A stretch of DNA of 64,000 nt from Candidatus Bathyarchaeota archaeon (GCA_963714275.1 CAVQNT010000005.1:32001-96000); one strand, 5' to 3'; shown: positions 44,510-55,429, numbered from the stretch's first letter. The notes: generated from the sequence alone by a model not told the origin. Made by a program: numbers and translations.

Positions 44510-46334
44510 ATGTGTGGAATATTCGGTTGCGCGTTAAAGAACGGAAAGGCTGCTCCCCTAATTCATGCTGCCCTAAAAAGGCTCGAATACAGAGGATACG
44601 ACTCTGTCGGCGAAGCTACCATTCAAAATGGTGTTCTCTACATAAAGAAAGACCAAGGAAAAATTGACGATGTTCACAAAGCCATTGACTTAGACAACCT
44701 GCCAGGCAACATAGGAATCGGGCATACAAGATGGGCTACGCACGGAGCTCCCTACCAAGTTAATGCACATCCGCACACTGACTGCGAAAACAAGATCGCT
44801 GTTGTTCACAACGGCATAATTGAGAATTTCTCTGCATTAAGAAAGGAACTGGAAGGTTTAGGACACGAATTCAAGTCTAAGACTGACACCGAGGTTATCC
44901 CGCACCTTATTGAAGAAAACATGAAGAAGGGGATGTCACTCGTTGAAGCAGTCCGCGACTCATTGAAAAGGCTTAACGGTTCTTATGCCATTGCAGTCTT
45001 ATCAAACATTGAACCTGATAAGATTGTTGTCGCTAGAAACGAGAGCCCGCTTGTCATTGGCGTCGGTGAAGAAGCAACCTATTGTGCATCAGATATTACA
45101 GCTTTCCTTCCCCTGACAAACAGAACGGTGATACTCGAAAACGGCGAATTAGGCATACTAGAAGCTGACAAGTACGAGATTTGGAATATTGACGACTGGA
45201 AGCCAGTAAAAAGAGAACCGGAACAGGTTACTTGGACCGTGGAAATGGCTCAGAAGCAAGGTTATCCTCACTTTATGATTAAGGAGATTTATGAACAGCC
45301 AAGATGCTTGAGGGACACTCTTAGGCTGCAGGACTTGTACCTCGACCTTATGGCTACGTTTCTGGACCGAGCTGGAGAAGTGTTTCTCGGTAGCTGCAGG
45401 AACCTCTTATCATGCTTGCCTAGCGGCCTCGTACATGTTTTCAGATCTTGCTTTCTTGGCGACTCATCCAGTTATTGCGTCTGAGTTCATTGAACAGGAA
45501 GGGATGGCGATTAACATCAACAGCACAATCCTCGCTGTGAGCCAATCAGGCGAAACTGCTGATACGCTGGCTGCTGTGGATTATGCTCGAAACCGAGCTG
45601 CCACAATATTGGGATTGACGAACGCCGTTGGTTCAACTTTAACCAGAATCTCAAGAGTATACATAGTTCAGCAATCAGGTCCCGAGATCGGCGTCGCAGC
45701 GACAAAGACATTTACGTCTCAGATGTCAGTGCTTGCGCAACTCGCCTTAAGAGTCTCGAAGATTCGGGGCAAAATCGGGCACCGACAGATAGAGGAGCTT
45801 GAAAAAAGCGTCAGCCAGATTCCTGACATAGTTGAGGCAACGATCAAGAAAAACGAACCGAAGGTTCTAGAAGTTGTCAAGAAACTTAAGAAAAAGCCAG
45901 TCTTCTTCTTTCTAGGCAGGGGGATAAGCTCAGCGACAGCGCAAGAAGCCAGACTTAAGATCATGGAGATCGCCTACGTTCCCTCAATAGCCTATCCTGC
46001 GGGAGAAAGCAAGCATGGTCCCATAAGCCTTGTGGAACCTGGGTTTCCCGTGGTGTTCGTGTGTCCTAGGGATGAGACACGCAAGACGATAGTTGGGAAC
46101 ATAATGGAAATGAAGGCGCGGGGAGCCTCAATAATCTCCGTCATCGAAGAAGGAGATGAGGAAATCAAAAGCCTGTCAGACGAGTATTTCGAGATACCCG
46201 GAAGCCTGCCTGAAATACTGACGCCGATTGCCTTCATTGTACCCTTACAGCAGCTTGCCTATTACATGGCTGTGGAAAAAGGGTTAAACCCCGACATGCC
46301 GCGGAACCTCGCAAAATCCGTCACAGTAAAATGA
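44510..46334 (+). CDS. glmS: Glutamine--fructose-6-phosphate aminotransferase; frameshift ~45390
   Basis: MCGIFG, GHTRWATHG, SQSGETADT, PRNLAKSVTVK. Confidence 0.97.
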
Positions 46335-46505
46335 AAGGAAAAACGGTTAACCACCATCATGGGTTCCGTCAAAGAGGATTCTTTCTACCAATTTTTAGTG
46401 AAGGAAACAAAATGCCTAATCTTTCCATATGTGCCAGTGGAAACAATATTTATGCCTTCGTTTCTCATATTGTTTGTAGAAAAAAATGCCATGCAAGGGA
46501 TGTGA

Positions 46506-47213
46506 TTGAACAATCAGTGGGAAAACCTTATACAAGACCTCATAAGAAGTGGCATACTTAAAACTCCACAGGTCATCAAAGCGATGAAGTTGGTGCCAAG
46601 GTGCCTTTTTCTGTCCGAAAACGACAAGGCGTGCGCGGCTATTGATACTCCGCTTCCAATCAGCTCGGGGCAAACGGTTTCTGCGCCACTTGGCTGACCT
46701 TAAAGATCAGCTGGGCGAGACATGGTTTCGATAATGAACGAAGCCTTGGAGCTTGAGACTGGACATACTGTTCTGGAGGTCGGAACAGGTTGTGGATGGC
46801 ACGCTTCAACCGTCGCGGAGATCGTGGCGCCAAGCGACATGCCTAAAGAAAAATGGGGTCACGTTTACACAGTTGAAATTGTTTCAAAACTGGCTGAGTC
46901 CGCAAAAAACAATATTACCAAGACTGGTTACGGCGAACGGGTCACAGTTGTCTGCCAAGACGGTTCTGAAGGTTACCACGATAAGGCTCCGTTCGACAGG
47001 ATTTATGTGACTGCTGCTGCGCCTTATGTTCCTCCTCCGCTCAAGGATCAGCTAAAACAAGACGGCGTCATGGTTATTCCAGTGGGTGCGCCGGGATTCT
47101 TTCAGACTCTTCTTCGACTAAGGAAGGTTGAAGGTCAATTCTCAGAGGAAGATCTTGGAGGTGTAGCGTTTGTTCCCCTGGTTGGAAAGCACGGTCATAA
47201 ACTTTTGTGGTGA
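46506..47213 (+). CDS. pcm: Protein-L-isoaspartate O-methyltransferase, interrupted by a 30-nt BHB intron (join 46506..46689,46720..47213)
   Basis: VPR..F...DTPLPI..GQTVSAP|HMV, VLEVGTGCGW, APFDRIYVTAA, VAFVPLVG. Both halves are in the same frame, separated by a 30-nt insert containing stop codons. Confidence 0.92.
46690..46719 (+). other. Predicted archaeal bulge-helix-bulge intron in pcm mRNA
   Basis: 4-bp CGCC/GGCG helix, two 3-nt bulges (AC^U and AG^A), 7-bp intron stem; excision gives CCA-CAC-ATG (Pro-His-Met). Confidence 0.85.
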
Positions 47214-47338
47214 CCAATCCTGTGACATATTGTTTTGTATTATGCGTCTTTCAGTTCCAAAATTTGTTGATGGACAAACTATCGAAAAAAAATATATCTC
47301 TGAAGCGTGTTTAACCATTCTATATCTGAGGGAACCTT

Positions 47339-48116
47339 GTGGGTCCTGATTTACTGGTTTGGCTGATGCTTGCCTTAGGAACGGTCGCTATTGGTCTAGT
47401 TATACTCATAATTATGGAACAGGAAAAGGGAAAAACAATGACCAAAGAGAAGGTAAAGCTACGCAAAATTCAGGCAGTAAGTACGTTACCTCAATCAGTT
47501 AAAAAGACTGTCACAAACGACATTATGAACGAAGCAAAGGACAAGCTTAGGCTACTTGACCTTGATAGAGAAATTCTTAGCTACGCTGTCCGACGGCTTT
47601 ATGAGGCTAGTGCTGAGGGAAAAATTTCCGAAGCCGAGAGAGACCAGTTGGCGCTGAAGTACAAGATGGATCTTGCTAGAATTAATGAAGATATTGAAAG
47701 AGGCGAATCCATAGTAGCCTTAAACGAACTTGAAAAAATGCAGGAAGATCTTGTGAAGCTGTTCTCGGAACGGTTTGACGATATGAATAAGAAAATTGAT
47801 GATCTGAAATTAAGATCTGGCTTAATCACTTCAGCCCCAAAGGAAACCATAATTCTTGAAACCTTGAAGAGACAGCCACAGATAGAACAGCCGCCTGAGA
47901 AAGAGGAACTACAAGAAGAAACCATTTTTGAAGAAAAAGTCGAAGACCTCAAGCAACCAACTGACAAGACGGTTGAACCAAAGACGAAGAAAGCAAGTAA
48001 ACCGAAGCCTCCCACTGAGCCTGAAACAGGCGAAGCTTGAGAAGAAGGTTGAGGAGATCGTGGCTGAGGTTGAGAAGGTTCTGAAAAAGCTTGGGCAAAT
48101 GGAAGTTGAAGAGTAA
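47339..48116 (+). CDS. Membrane-anchored coiled-coil hypothetical protein; frameshift ~48037
   Basis: N-terminal TM helix, long helical region, P/E/K-rich linker, C-terminal amphipathic helix EKKVEEIVAEVEKVLKKLGQMEVEE. Confidence 0.7.
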
Positions 48117-48117
48117 A

Positions 48118-48816
48118 ATGGTTTGGAGAGAAGCTGCTAAAAGAAGGGCTGCTGTTGAGGCGGTTAAACTTGTCAAGGACGGTTCTATTTTGGGTCTTGG
48201 CGCAGGCTCAACCATAACTTATGCTGTTAGGGAAATCGGAAGAAGAATAGAAGAAGAACATATCAGGATTTTGGCTGTTCCATCCTCCAATCAAACTCAC
48301 CAATTAGCCACGGAATGCGGCGTCCCATTGACTACTCTTGATGAGCATCCGAACCTTGACTTGGACATTGACGGAGCCGACCAGATTGACGCAGACTTAA
48401 ACTTAATAAAAGGCATGGGTGGCGCCCTGACAAAAGAGAAAATCGTGGCGTCTTCGTCAAAAGCCTTAGTCATAATTGCTGACGAAACGAAGCTTACCGA
48501 CGTTTTGGGAAGAAATCATCCTTTGCCTGTTGAGGTTTTGCCATTCGCTTTGCCGCTTGTTACGTCTAAGATAAAGGTGCTTGGTGGACTGCCGATCCTC
48601 AAAATGAGCAAGGAAGGGTTTGGTCCTTTTGTTACGGATAATGGTAACTTCATTTTGAATGTGGATTTTGGCGTCATTAATAATCTGATTCAGTTGGATC
48701 GACAGTTAAAGTACATTAACGGCGTCATAGAGACAGGATTATTTCTAGGGATGACGGATATAGCGTATGTTGGTACCGAAACCGAAGTCAAAGTGCTCCG
48801 AAAAGGCAGTCGTTGA
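48118..48816 (+). CDS. rpiA: Ribose-5-phosphate isomerase A
   Basis: LGLGAGST, DGADQID, KGMGGALTKEKIV, TDNGN, GVIETGLF. Confidence 0.96.
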   Translation: MVWREAAKRRAAVEAVKLVKDGSILGLGAGSTITYAVREIGRRIEEEHIRILAVPSSNQTHQLATECGVPLTTLDEHPNLDLDIDGADQIDADLNLIKGMGGALTKEKIVASSSKALVIIADETKLTDVLGRNHPLPVEVLPFALPLVTSKIKVLGGLPILKMSKEGFGPFVTDNGNFILNVDFGVINNLIQLDRQLKYINGVIETGLFLGMTDIAYVGTETEVKVLRKGSR

Positions 48817-48850
48817 TTATCGAGATAAATTATGATAACTATTTATTGGT

Positions 48851-49165
48851 CTAGAGTTCGCTGTTGAGCCATTGAAGGTATTTTTTGCTGCCTGCAATGA
48901 TGGGTATTGAGACAATTTCAGGCGTCTCGTAAGTGTGCATTTGAAGAATCGTCTCCTCGACTTCGCCGTAGAGTTCCCCTTTTGTTTTGATCTGGCACAA
49001 CCATTCTTCGGCTTTCTCTATCTTGCCCTTCCAGCGGTAAATACTTGTTATAGGACCAATTATCTGGACGCATCCTGCCATCCGTTTGTTAACTAAAGTT
49101 TCAGCAATCTTTTCAGCAGTCTCCTTAGTCTCGGTTGTCGTGAGAACTTGGATGTATTCATTCAA
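48851..49165 (-). CDS. cutA: Divalent-cation tolerance protein CutA
   Basis: AGCVQI..ITSIYRWKG, HTYETPEI, YLQWL. Confidence 0.93.
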   Translation of the reverse strand: MNEYIQVLTTTETKETAEKIAETLVNKRMAGCVQIIGPITSIYRWKGKIEKAEEWLCQIKTKGELYGEVEETILQMHTYETPEIVSIPIIAGSKKYLQWLNSEL

Positions 49166-49320
49166 AGACGCATCGCCTTCTGTTCAGTGAACAAATAAAG
49201 TAATTTACACACATAAATCCACACGTAAGACAATAAATGCTTCGACAAAACCTTCAACGCGACCTGTTAAGAATAGATTTAAATGAAGCTGCATCAAAAA
49301 AGGATAACTGTCAAATTCAA

Positions 49321-49431
49321 GCCGGGGTAGCCTAGCTTGGTTTGGGCGCCAGACTCATAATCTGGAGAACGCTTAGGGTCAGAAACAACCTTTGCGCCCA
49401 GAAGTCGCGGGTTCGAATCCCGCCTCCGGCA
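49321..49431 (+). tRNA. tRNA-Met(CAT), elongator type, with a 36-nt non-canonical intron at 45/46 (49368-49403); CCA not encoded
   Basis: GCCGGGG acceptor stem, CCAGA-CT-CAT-AA-TCTGG anticodon arm, GGTTCGAATCC T-arm; removing the intron gives the variable loop AGGTC. Confidence 0.9.
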
Positions 49432-49461
49432 TTTTTGGATACGCCCCAGTAATTTTTCATC

Positions 49462-49660
49462 TTATTTTCTCCTCTTGAAGAGCTTGGCATGGTTGATTTC
49501 GCAGACATATTTGAATACGGTTTCTATGAGGGTTTTAGTTTCGTCAACGGTTTCAACGACTTTGCATATGTATTCTTCGGCTTCGTGTTGAAACAATGCT
49601 TCCTCAAGTTGGATTTAGACTAAGAAGTTTTGATGCTTCTGTGTTCTTGGAATCTCATGA
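49462..49660 (-). pseudogene. C-terminal remnant of a tyrosine recombinase/integrase
   Basis: MRFQEHRSIK/LV*IQLEEALF...YICKVVETVDETKTLIETVFKYVCEINHAKLFKRRK*; TAA (49615-49617) at the expected catalytic Tyr position. Confidence 0.7.
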
Positions 49661-50020
49661 GTCAGCTTAGCTTACGTTAGTTAAAACTTTACTATTAAGA
49701 GGTACAATTAATGTTCAGTTTAGCGAATGTTCGAAACTCTAATATCTTTTGTTTCTATTCTTCTATGTGGTTTGAGGATTGAAAAAGGCCGAGTTTAGAT
49801 GTCCAGTGTGCGGTTCAATATTACATAGGCAGGGACAGGCAGGTGAGCTAGCTTAACTACACGTAGAAACACGCTATATAGCAAATCTTTTCTACTTGCA
49901 GAAAATTCCAGCAATATAAGGAGATTAATCATTTTTTTGTATAAACTGTTGCTTTTCAGGCTTGCAAGGCATGGTTTTTTCGGGTTTTAGAAGGGCATTT
50001 TTCTACATGTAGAAACGTTT

Positions 50021-50233
50021 CTACGAGGGTTTAGAACTCTTCTTTGGCTTCAAGATAATCATAAATCCTTGATCTGAGGGCAGCAGAACTTGGACAGACA
50101 CCTCAAGATCCCTGTCAAAAAAGGGCTTCACGAGGTCATGAAACTTTCTGGAAACTGGCACAGCGACCTGTTCATACTCGTAAAACCCTTTCCCGTGATA
50201 GTGTTGCTTCAAAACGCGGCGGAGAAGCCTCAA
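50021..50233 (-). CDS. Small hypothetical protein (element-associated)
   Basis: 70-aa ORF downstream of the wHTH gene, GGGAGGA upstream. Confidence 0.55.
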   Translation of the reverse strand: MRLLRRVLKQHYHGKGFYEYEQVAVPVSRKFHDLVKPFFDRDLEVSVQVLLPSDQGFMIILKPKKSSKPS

Positions 50234-50274
50234 AACAACCTTCCTCCCTTTTCAGTTCTAACAGGTGGTTGACT

Positions 50275-50559
50275 TCACGATTTGGTGTGTTTTAGTTCCG
50301 AAAACAATTCATATATGTATCTGGCAACTTCATTTTTAGGGTCAACCTGAAAAGTAACCGGAGACGACTCGTGCTTCTTTACCCATCCGAGGTCTATGAG
50401 TCTTTCCAGTTGCTGTGTGACTGCGGGTGTTCTGAGACCTGTTGCCTTAACTAAACCGTACTTTGTGTATGCTTCTTCCGGCTTCAAGACTAAATGCAGC
50501 AACACTCTAAACTGAGGCTCCACATCCCAACCCAACCTCAAGTTCATCCCAGACAACAC
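50275..50559 (-). CDS. Winged-helix DNA-binding protein
   Basis: YTKYGLVKATGL....V..QLERLIDLGWVKK wHTH pattern. Confidence 0.7.
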   Translation of the reverse strand: MLSGMNLRLGWDVEPQFRVLLHLVLKPEEAYTKYGLVKATGLRTPAVTQQLERLIDLGWVKKHESSPVTFQVDPKNEVARYIYELFSELKHTKS

Positions 50560-50835
50560 TTAGTCGCCTGTTATTGGTAGTTAACATAATGGACTAGAGC
50601 TAACCACCAAACTAATTTAAGCAGTCTGTGAAAAGAGAGGGAGAGGGGTTCTCCATCAAGCTCACTAGTTAAATGACAACTATCCATTTCTGTGGCAATA
50701 ATCTGAGAATGTGATAAGCGGAAGCGCAGCCTACATATTCTGCGTGTTAGCAGCAGAAAAACTCTTGAAAACTAAGTATTTTTTAATATGATCTTTTTCA
50801 ATAATATTTAGAGGTGAAGGGTAACGACGCCTAGA

Positions 50836-51590
50836 ATGAAGGTTTTAGTAAGTGGGGCTAGCGGTAATATCAGTCAAGTTTTCAGAGAGCATTACAGGAA
50901 CTATTACTCTTTGAAATTGATCTACCATCAAGGGGTCATAAAAGCTTCACCAAATGAAAAGGTGGTACAAGCAGACATAACCAACTTCGATTCCGTGTTA
51001 AAAGCAATGGAAGGCACAGAGGCTGTCGTCCATCTGGCTGCTGACGCAAGAGATGACGCACCTTGGGATTCTATTCTAAATCTCAATCTTATAGGTACCT
51101 ATAATGTCTTTGAAGCAGACTCACAGATGTGGCATAAAGAAGATCGTCTATGCCAGCTCGAATCATGCTTGCGGTTTCGCTGTAAAAGAATCTGAGTTGG
51201 TTGGACCAGACGCTCCCATAAGACCCACTAATCTCTACGGTGTCAGCAAGGTTTTCGGAGAGGCGCTTGGACGCTACTATTCTGATAATTTTGGTTTATC
51301 AGTAATCTGCTTAAGGATTGGTGTATTCTTGCCAAAAGATTGGAATCTAAGAGACTTATTCAAGAAGTTCCTTTCAGGTGAGTTGACCGCTGAGTATCCC
51401 CCCAGAAACTTATCGCAATGTGGATTAGTGACTATGATGTGTCGCAGTTGATACATAAAAGCCTTGAAAGTGATGTGAAATTCGGCATCTTTTACGGAAC
51501 CTCCGATAATAGTTCAAGAATATTTGATATAACACCTGCTAAAGAAAAGCTGGATATAAGCCACAAGATAAAGCAGAGAATTATTTATGA
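50836..51590 (+). CDS. NAD-dependent epimerase/dehydratase (uronate dehydrogenase-like); several frameshifts
   Basis: VLVSGASGNI, VVHLAA, GTYNVFEA, YASSNHA, YGVSK. Confidence 0.85.
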
Positions 51591-51709
51591 TAATTCCTTT
51601 AGCAAAGCTAGCTATCTGCCAGTCTGTGTTCTAATGTTACAACTTTAAAGTTTGTTTCGATGTTCAGCTGTTCTGAAATGTAGACATATTATGTGTATAG
51701 AATAATTAG

Positions 51710-52813
51710 TTGAGGTGGGAATTAGCCTTGGATAGGGGACAGTTATATCGGAGTCTCTCTTTTGCTTTGCTTTTCGCGTTGTTCTTGCCGTCTATTTCTG
51801 CTGGTCTTGCAGACAGGGGGTTGGTGCATGTGGAGCCCGGTGTCTCGATTTATGAGCCTGGGCAGAAAGCCATCATAGCTTGGAATGGGCAAGAGGAGAT
51901 ACTGATACTTTCCACCGATGTAAGTGCAACGGGCGAGACATTGGTTCTTGAGATTATGCCTCTTCCCTCAAACCCTAAGAAGATAGAAAAGGCTAGCTTT
52001 GAATCCTTTGTCACAATCCAGACCATACTTGACGCACATGCTCGAGTAGTTTTAGGGAGATAACTATGGATCTGAAAGCACAAAGAGTATAGAGGTTACT
52101 TTCCACGAGAAGAATAGGAGCCCACGATGTTACAGTCGTCAAAGCAGGCGACGCCTCAGAGCTTACGTCTTGGGCTGAAGAGTTCCTAGAATCCAACAAT
52201 GTTACTCGGGGGATTTCGCTAAAAAACTTTGAAGCCGTGATCGAAGATTATATGGCTCTGGGTTTCCGGTTCTTTGCCCTCGATATAATCCAGATGTCAG
52301 CTGACCAGAAGAGCGTTGAACCTATTCTGTACCAGTTTGAAACCAACTTCCTCTACTATCCGCTAAGGATTTCGTCCCCAATCTCCGGAGACACCAAGAT
52401 AACTCTCTTCCTGTTGACTAATGGCAAAATTCAAAGTGATTTCCTTTTCTCTCAGTATACGCCGATTGTAAAAGCGTATTTCCGAAGCTCCAGCCTGTGG
52501 GAGCCCATCGACTCAATTTGACAAAAGGTCAGCTGAAGCATCATCGACCTCAGGATAGGTGAATTGTTCCCGAAGGGCGCGTGGTTAACCGTTATGGAGT
52601 ATGAAGGTCCACTGAGTTGGCTAACAAGAGATTTTGTGATTTCGGAAGCTTCAATAATAGCTGAAAAAGAGCCAGAGAACCCTAGCCAAGATGATTCGAT
52701 CAGACTCACAATTAGCCTACTTCCTTCTAGTTGGCATTGCTACGGGCGCAGTACTCACACTAGCCTTCGCAACACTCACATTTGAAGTAATGCGCAAGAA
52801 ACAAAGTACCTAG
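51710..52813 (+). CDS. DUF2330-like secreted/membrane-anchored protein; several frameshifts
   Basis: Signal peptide, ADRG, EPGQKAIIAWNGQEEILILSTD, PLPSNP, YYPLRISS, C-terminal TM helix. Confidence 0.65.
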
Positions 52814-52946
52814 AATTTTGACGTGTCTCGCAAGAAAGACAGTTAGACGCAAAGGTATATGAGACATGCTGGCTGAGGGAACCTACAAAGCCGCAGTTGA
52901 ACTCCACGGACAATGAAGCTGTGCGGATTGAGCGATATATGTTTTT

Positions 52947-53138
52947 TTATGTCGTCAGTAATTCCGAAAGTGCTTGTTGAAAGAAATAGTCCTCTTTATT
53001 ATAAGTGTTCACGTGCCCTTTTGGGCATTTATGCGTATTATACTTCATGATTTCCTTTTTGAATTTCTCTGTGTCCATGCTCATTTTTGATGAGAACGTT
53101 ACGCCACAGCTCTTGCATTTAAGATAAAGAGAAGGCAT
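52947..53138 (-). CDS. Small Zn-finger-like protein
   Basis: MPSLYLKCKSCG...HKCPKGH. Confidence 0.6.
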   Translation of the reverse strand: MPSLYLKCKSCGVTFSSKMSMDTEKFKKEIMKYNTHKCPKGHVNTYNKEDYFFQQALSELLTT

Positions 53139-53370
53139 TTTTCCCCTTCCTGAGATTACTTCTGTTGTCAACAGTTATATATTTTTTGGCAGTATAAAAC
53201 TTTGGGAGAAAAAAGGAAGGATCAATAGGAGACTCTTAGCTGAGCTATTACGGAAATGTTTTCGATTCTTACTCGAATGAAGGCTTGAATATTTATTTCT
53301 CACGAATTTTTGTGTCGGGTTGAGGTACGCACATTGTCTTTTATTAATTTTCAATATTTGTATCTCATAG

Positions 53371-53640
53371 GTGTTTAAAGTGAGCTCAAAACGTTCCCGG
53401 ATTGAAATTTACCTCGACATCTTACAGACCATAAAGAAAGGCGTCGACAAGCCTACACGAATCATGTATCGGACTAACCTTTCCTGGAAACCTCTTACGC
53501 ATGTTCTCGACACCATGATGGAGCAAAAGCTGATTACTTCTGAAGAGTTGGGATGCCACATAACCTACAAGATCACAGACAAAGGCATAAATGTACTCAA
53601 CTACTTCCACGAAGCCATGCAACTCATCGAAATTAAATAG
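53371..53640 (+). CDS. Archaeal winged-helix transcription regulator
   Basis: KRSRIEIYLDIL...PTRIMYRTNLSW...YKITDKG. Confidence 0.85.
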   Translation: MFKVSSKRSRIEIYLDILQTIKKGVDKPTRIMYRTNLSWKPLTHVLDTMMEQKLITSEELGCHITYKITDKGINVLNYFHEAMQLIEIK

Positions 53641-53835
53641 AAGCTGTTAGTCAAAACTAAACGAGATAGCTAATTCTTTTGAAATTATCGCGTTTATTAT
53701 TTAATCAGTGCAAACTATCCTTGTAAAAGACGCAATTTGGCTTAGATTATTTGTGTTGATGATGTAGCTAGCTACATAGCGACTTAGCAGACTTTTTAAG
53801 AGAAATGGGGGAGTGTGTTGTGTTGGTAGGCTTGC

Positions 53836-54081
53836 CTATTTCCTAGTTCTAGGACACGCCACAAAATGTAGCCTAGAATCAAGTATGCCATTCACCGTGT
53901 CAATTTGGTTGAAGTAAATCCTTTCAAGTTCCGGTATACTTTCTGCCTCAATTCTGACGATAGCATCAAAGATGCCAATGACAAGTCGCGCTTCTTTTAC
54001 TCCATCTATGCCTTTAACCTTCTCTATGAAGTTCTTTTTACTTCCAGACTGTAGATGGAAAAGAATATATGCGGTCTCCAT
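53836..54081 (-). CDS. Stand-alone Lrp/AsnC ligand-binding (RAM) domain protein
   Basis: AYILF...IDGVKEARLVIGIFDAIVRIEA. Confidence 0.8.
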   Translation of the reverse strand: METAYILFHLQSGSKKNFIEKVKGIDGVKEARLVIGIFDAIVRIEAESIPELERIYFNQIDTVNGILDSRLHFVACPRTRK

Positions 54082-54083
54082 TT

Positions 54084-54380
54084 CTAATCCTCTTCCTCAA
54101 AGACTCTATCATCAACGCAAAGTAACGTAGCAGTTGATTCTATGCCTTCAATCATCGAAAAGTCTTCAATAATTAAGTTTTCGCAATCATGGATTTTCGG
54201 AAGGTTCAGCTTTATGATAGCATCGTAATCCCCAAACAACAGTTGTGCATTTTCTACACCTTCCAAAGAGAGTAACTTGTCCACCACAGAACGATTGTAT
54301 CCTTGCATTTCTGTTTGAGTACGGATCTTTACTAGAACATAGGCTTCCGTTGTTAGCAAGCCTCCTATCAAACTCTTCAC
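54084..54380 (-). CDS. Stand-alone Lrp/AsnC ligand-binding (RAM) domain protein
   Basis: EAYVLVK...LEGVENAQLLFGDYDAIIK...IEGIESTATL. Confidence 0.8.
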   Translation of the reverse strand: MKSLIGGLLTTEAYVLVKIRTQTEMQGYNRSVVDKLLSLEGVENAQLLFGDYDAIIKLNLPKIHDCENLIIEDFSMIEGIESTATLLCVDDRVFEEED

Positions 54381-54497
54381 TTTTAGTGTTTATACAGTTT
54401 TTGGTTTTCTACCATAGCGTCTGTTCCGTGTTGCTAGCTAAGCCCATTTATGCACAACTCCACCCCGCGATACGCATCACTTTCACTTGATTTAAAT

Positions 54498-55257
54498 TCA
54501 GCTTAGTATGACATCGACAAGCAGAGCGAATATTATTCCCAGTAAAAGACCGACAGAGACAGTGTGCTTATGCCCGTACTCGTGCGCCACTGGGATCAAT
54601 TCGTCTGCTGTGATGTAGGTCATTACTCCTGCTGCGAAGGCGAGTGAAGAGCCTATTACGCTCTTTGTTCCAACAAGAGATAAAGCGACAGCCCCAATTA
54701 AGGCGCCCACCGGTTCAGCTAGCCCCGATAGAAATGTAATAACTGCGATCTTCAATGGCTTCATTTCTGTTGATGTAAAGGGAATAGCGGTGGCAATGCC
54801 CTCAGGTATATTGTGCAACATTATGGCTATGGCGATTATTATCCCAAGTCGAGGCATGTACATGTAACCCGCAGCAACAACTAATCCTTCAGGAAGGTTA
54901 TGAAGTGTTATTCCAATAGCGATGAGCACTCCTGTTCTGTACATTCTTGAGTTATTGCCCTTTTCCCTTTTCTCCCCCCTCGTCAGTTCAATGTGAGGGA
55001 GGGTTAGGTCGAGAGCCATTATGACGAGAGCGCCCAATGAGAATATTATGATCAACTCTAGGTGAGTAAGCAATCCTTCGGCCTCTAGAAAAAGGGTCAT
55101 TGAATGAAACCAGAAGCATCACGCCCGAGGCAAACCCCATAGAGAAGCCTACAAACCTGTCGCTAACCTTTTTTAGTAGAATGACAATTATCCCGCCAAT
55201 TCCCGTTGCCATTCCTGCGATAAAGCTTAGGAGAAATGATTCTAGAACCATATCCAT
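54498..55257 (-). CDS. ZIP family metal transporter (ZupT/GufA-like); frameshift ~55095
   Basis: GFASGVML, LHNLPEG, LHNIPEG, SGLAEPVGA, DELIP. Confidence 0.9.
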
Positions 55258-55429
55258 ATCGTGATGCTTTTCCTAGTTCTGTAAAATCCAGTTATACCTG
55301 ACCTTTTAAAGAAGCCAATCTCTGCTATCCTTTGGCATAGATATCTACTTAGATAGCTACTTTTAATCCCAAACCCGAACGGTGACGAAATCAGAGAAAC
55401 TGCCTATCTTTTCAAACGTTTTTTATGTG

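Noticed and set aside
46690-46719. pcm insert as another AGCT-related sequencing error
   Set aside because: It does contain AGCT, but it is a structured 30-nt in-frame insert with exact BHB geometry, not a 1-nt indel
49779-49856. Short ORF MKKAEFRCPVCGSILHRQGQAGELA
   Set aside because: Only half a Zn finger; treated as island debris rather than a gene
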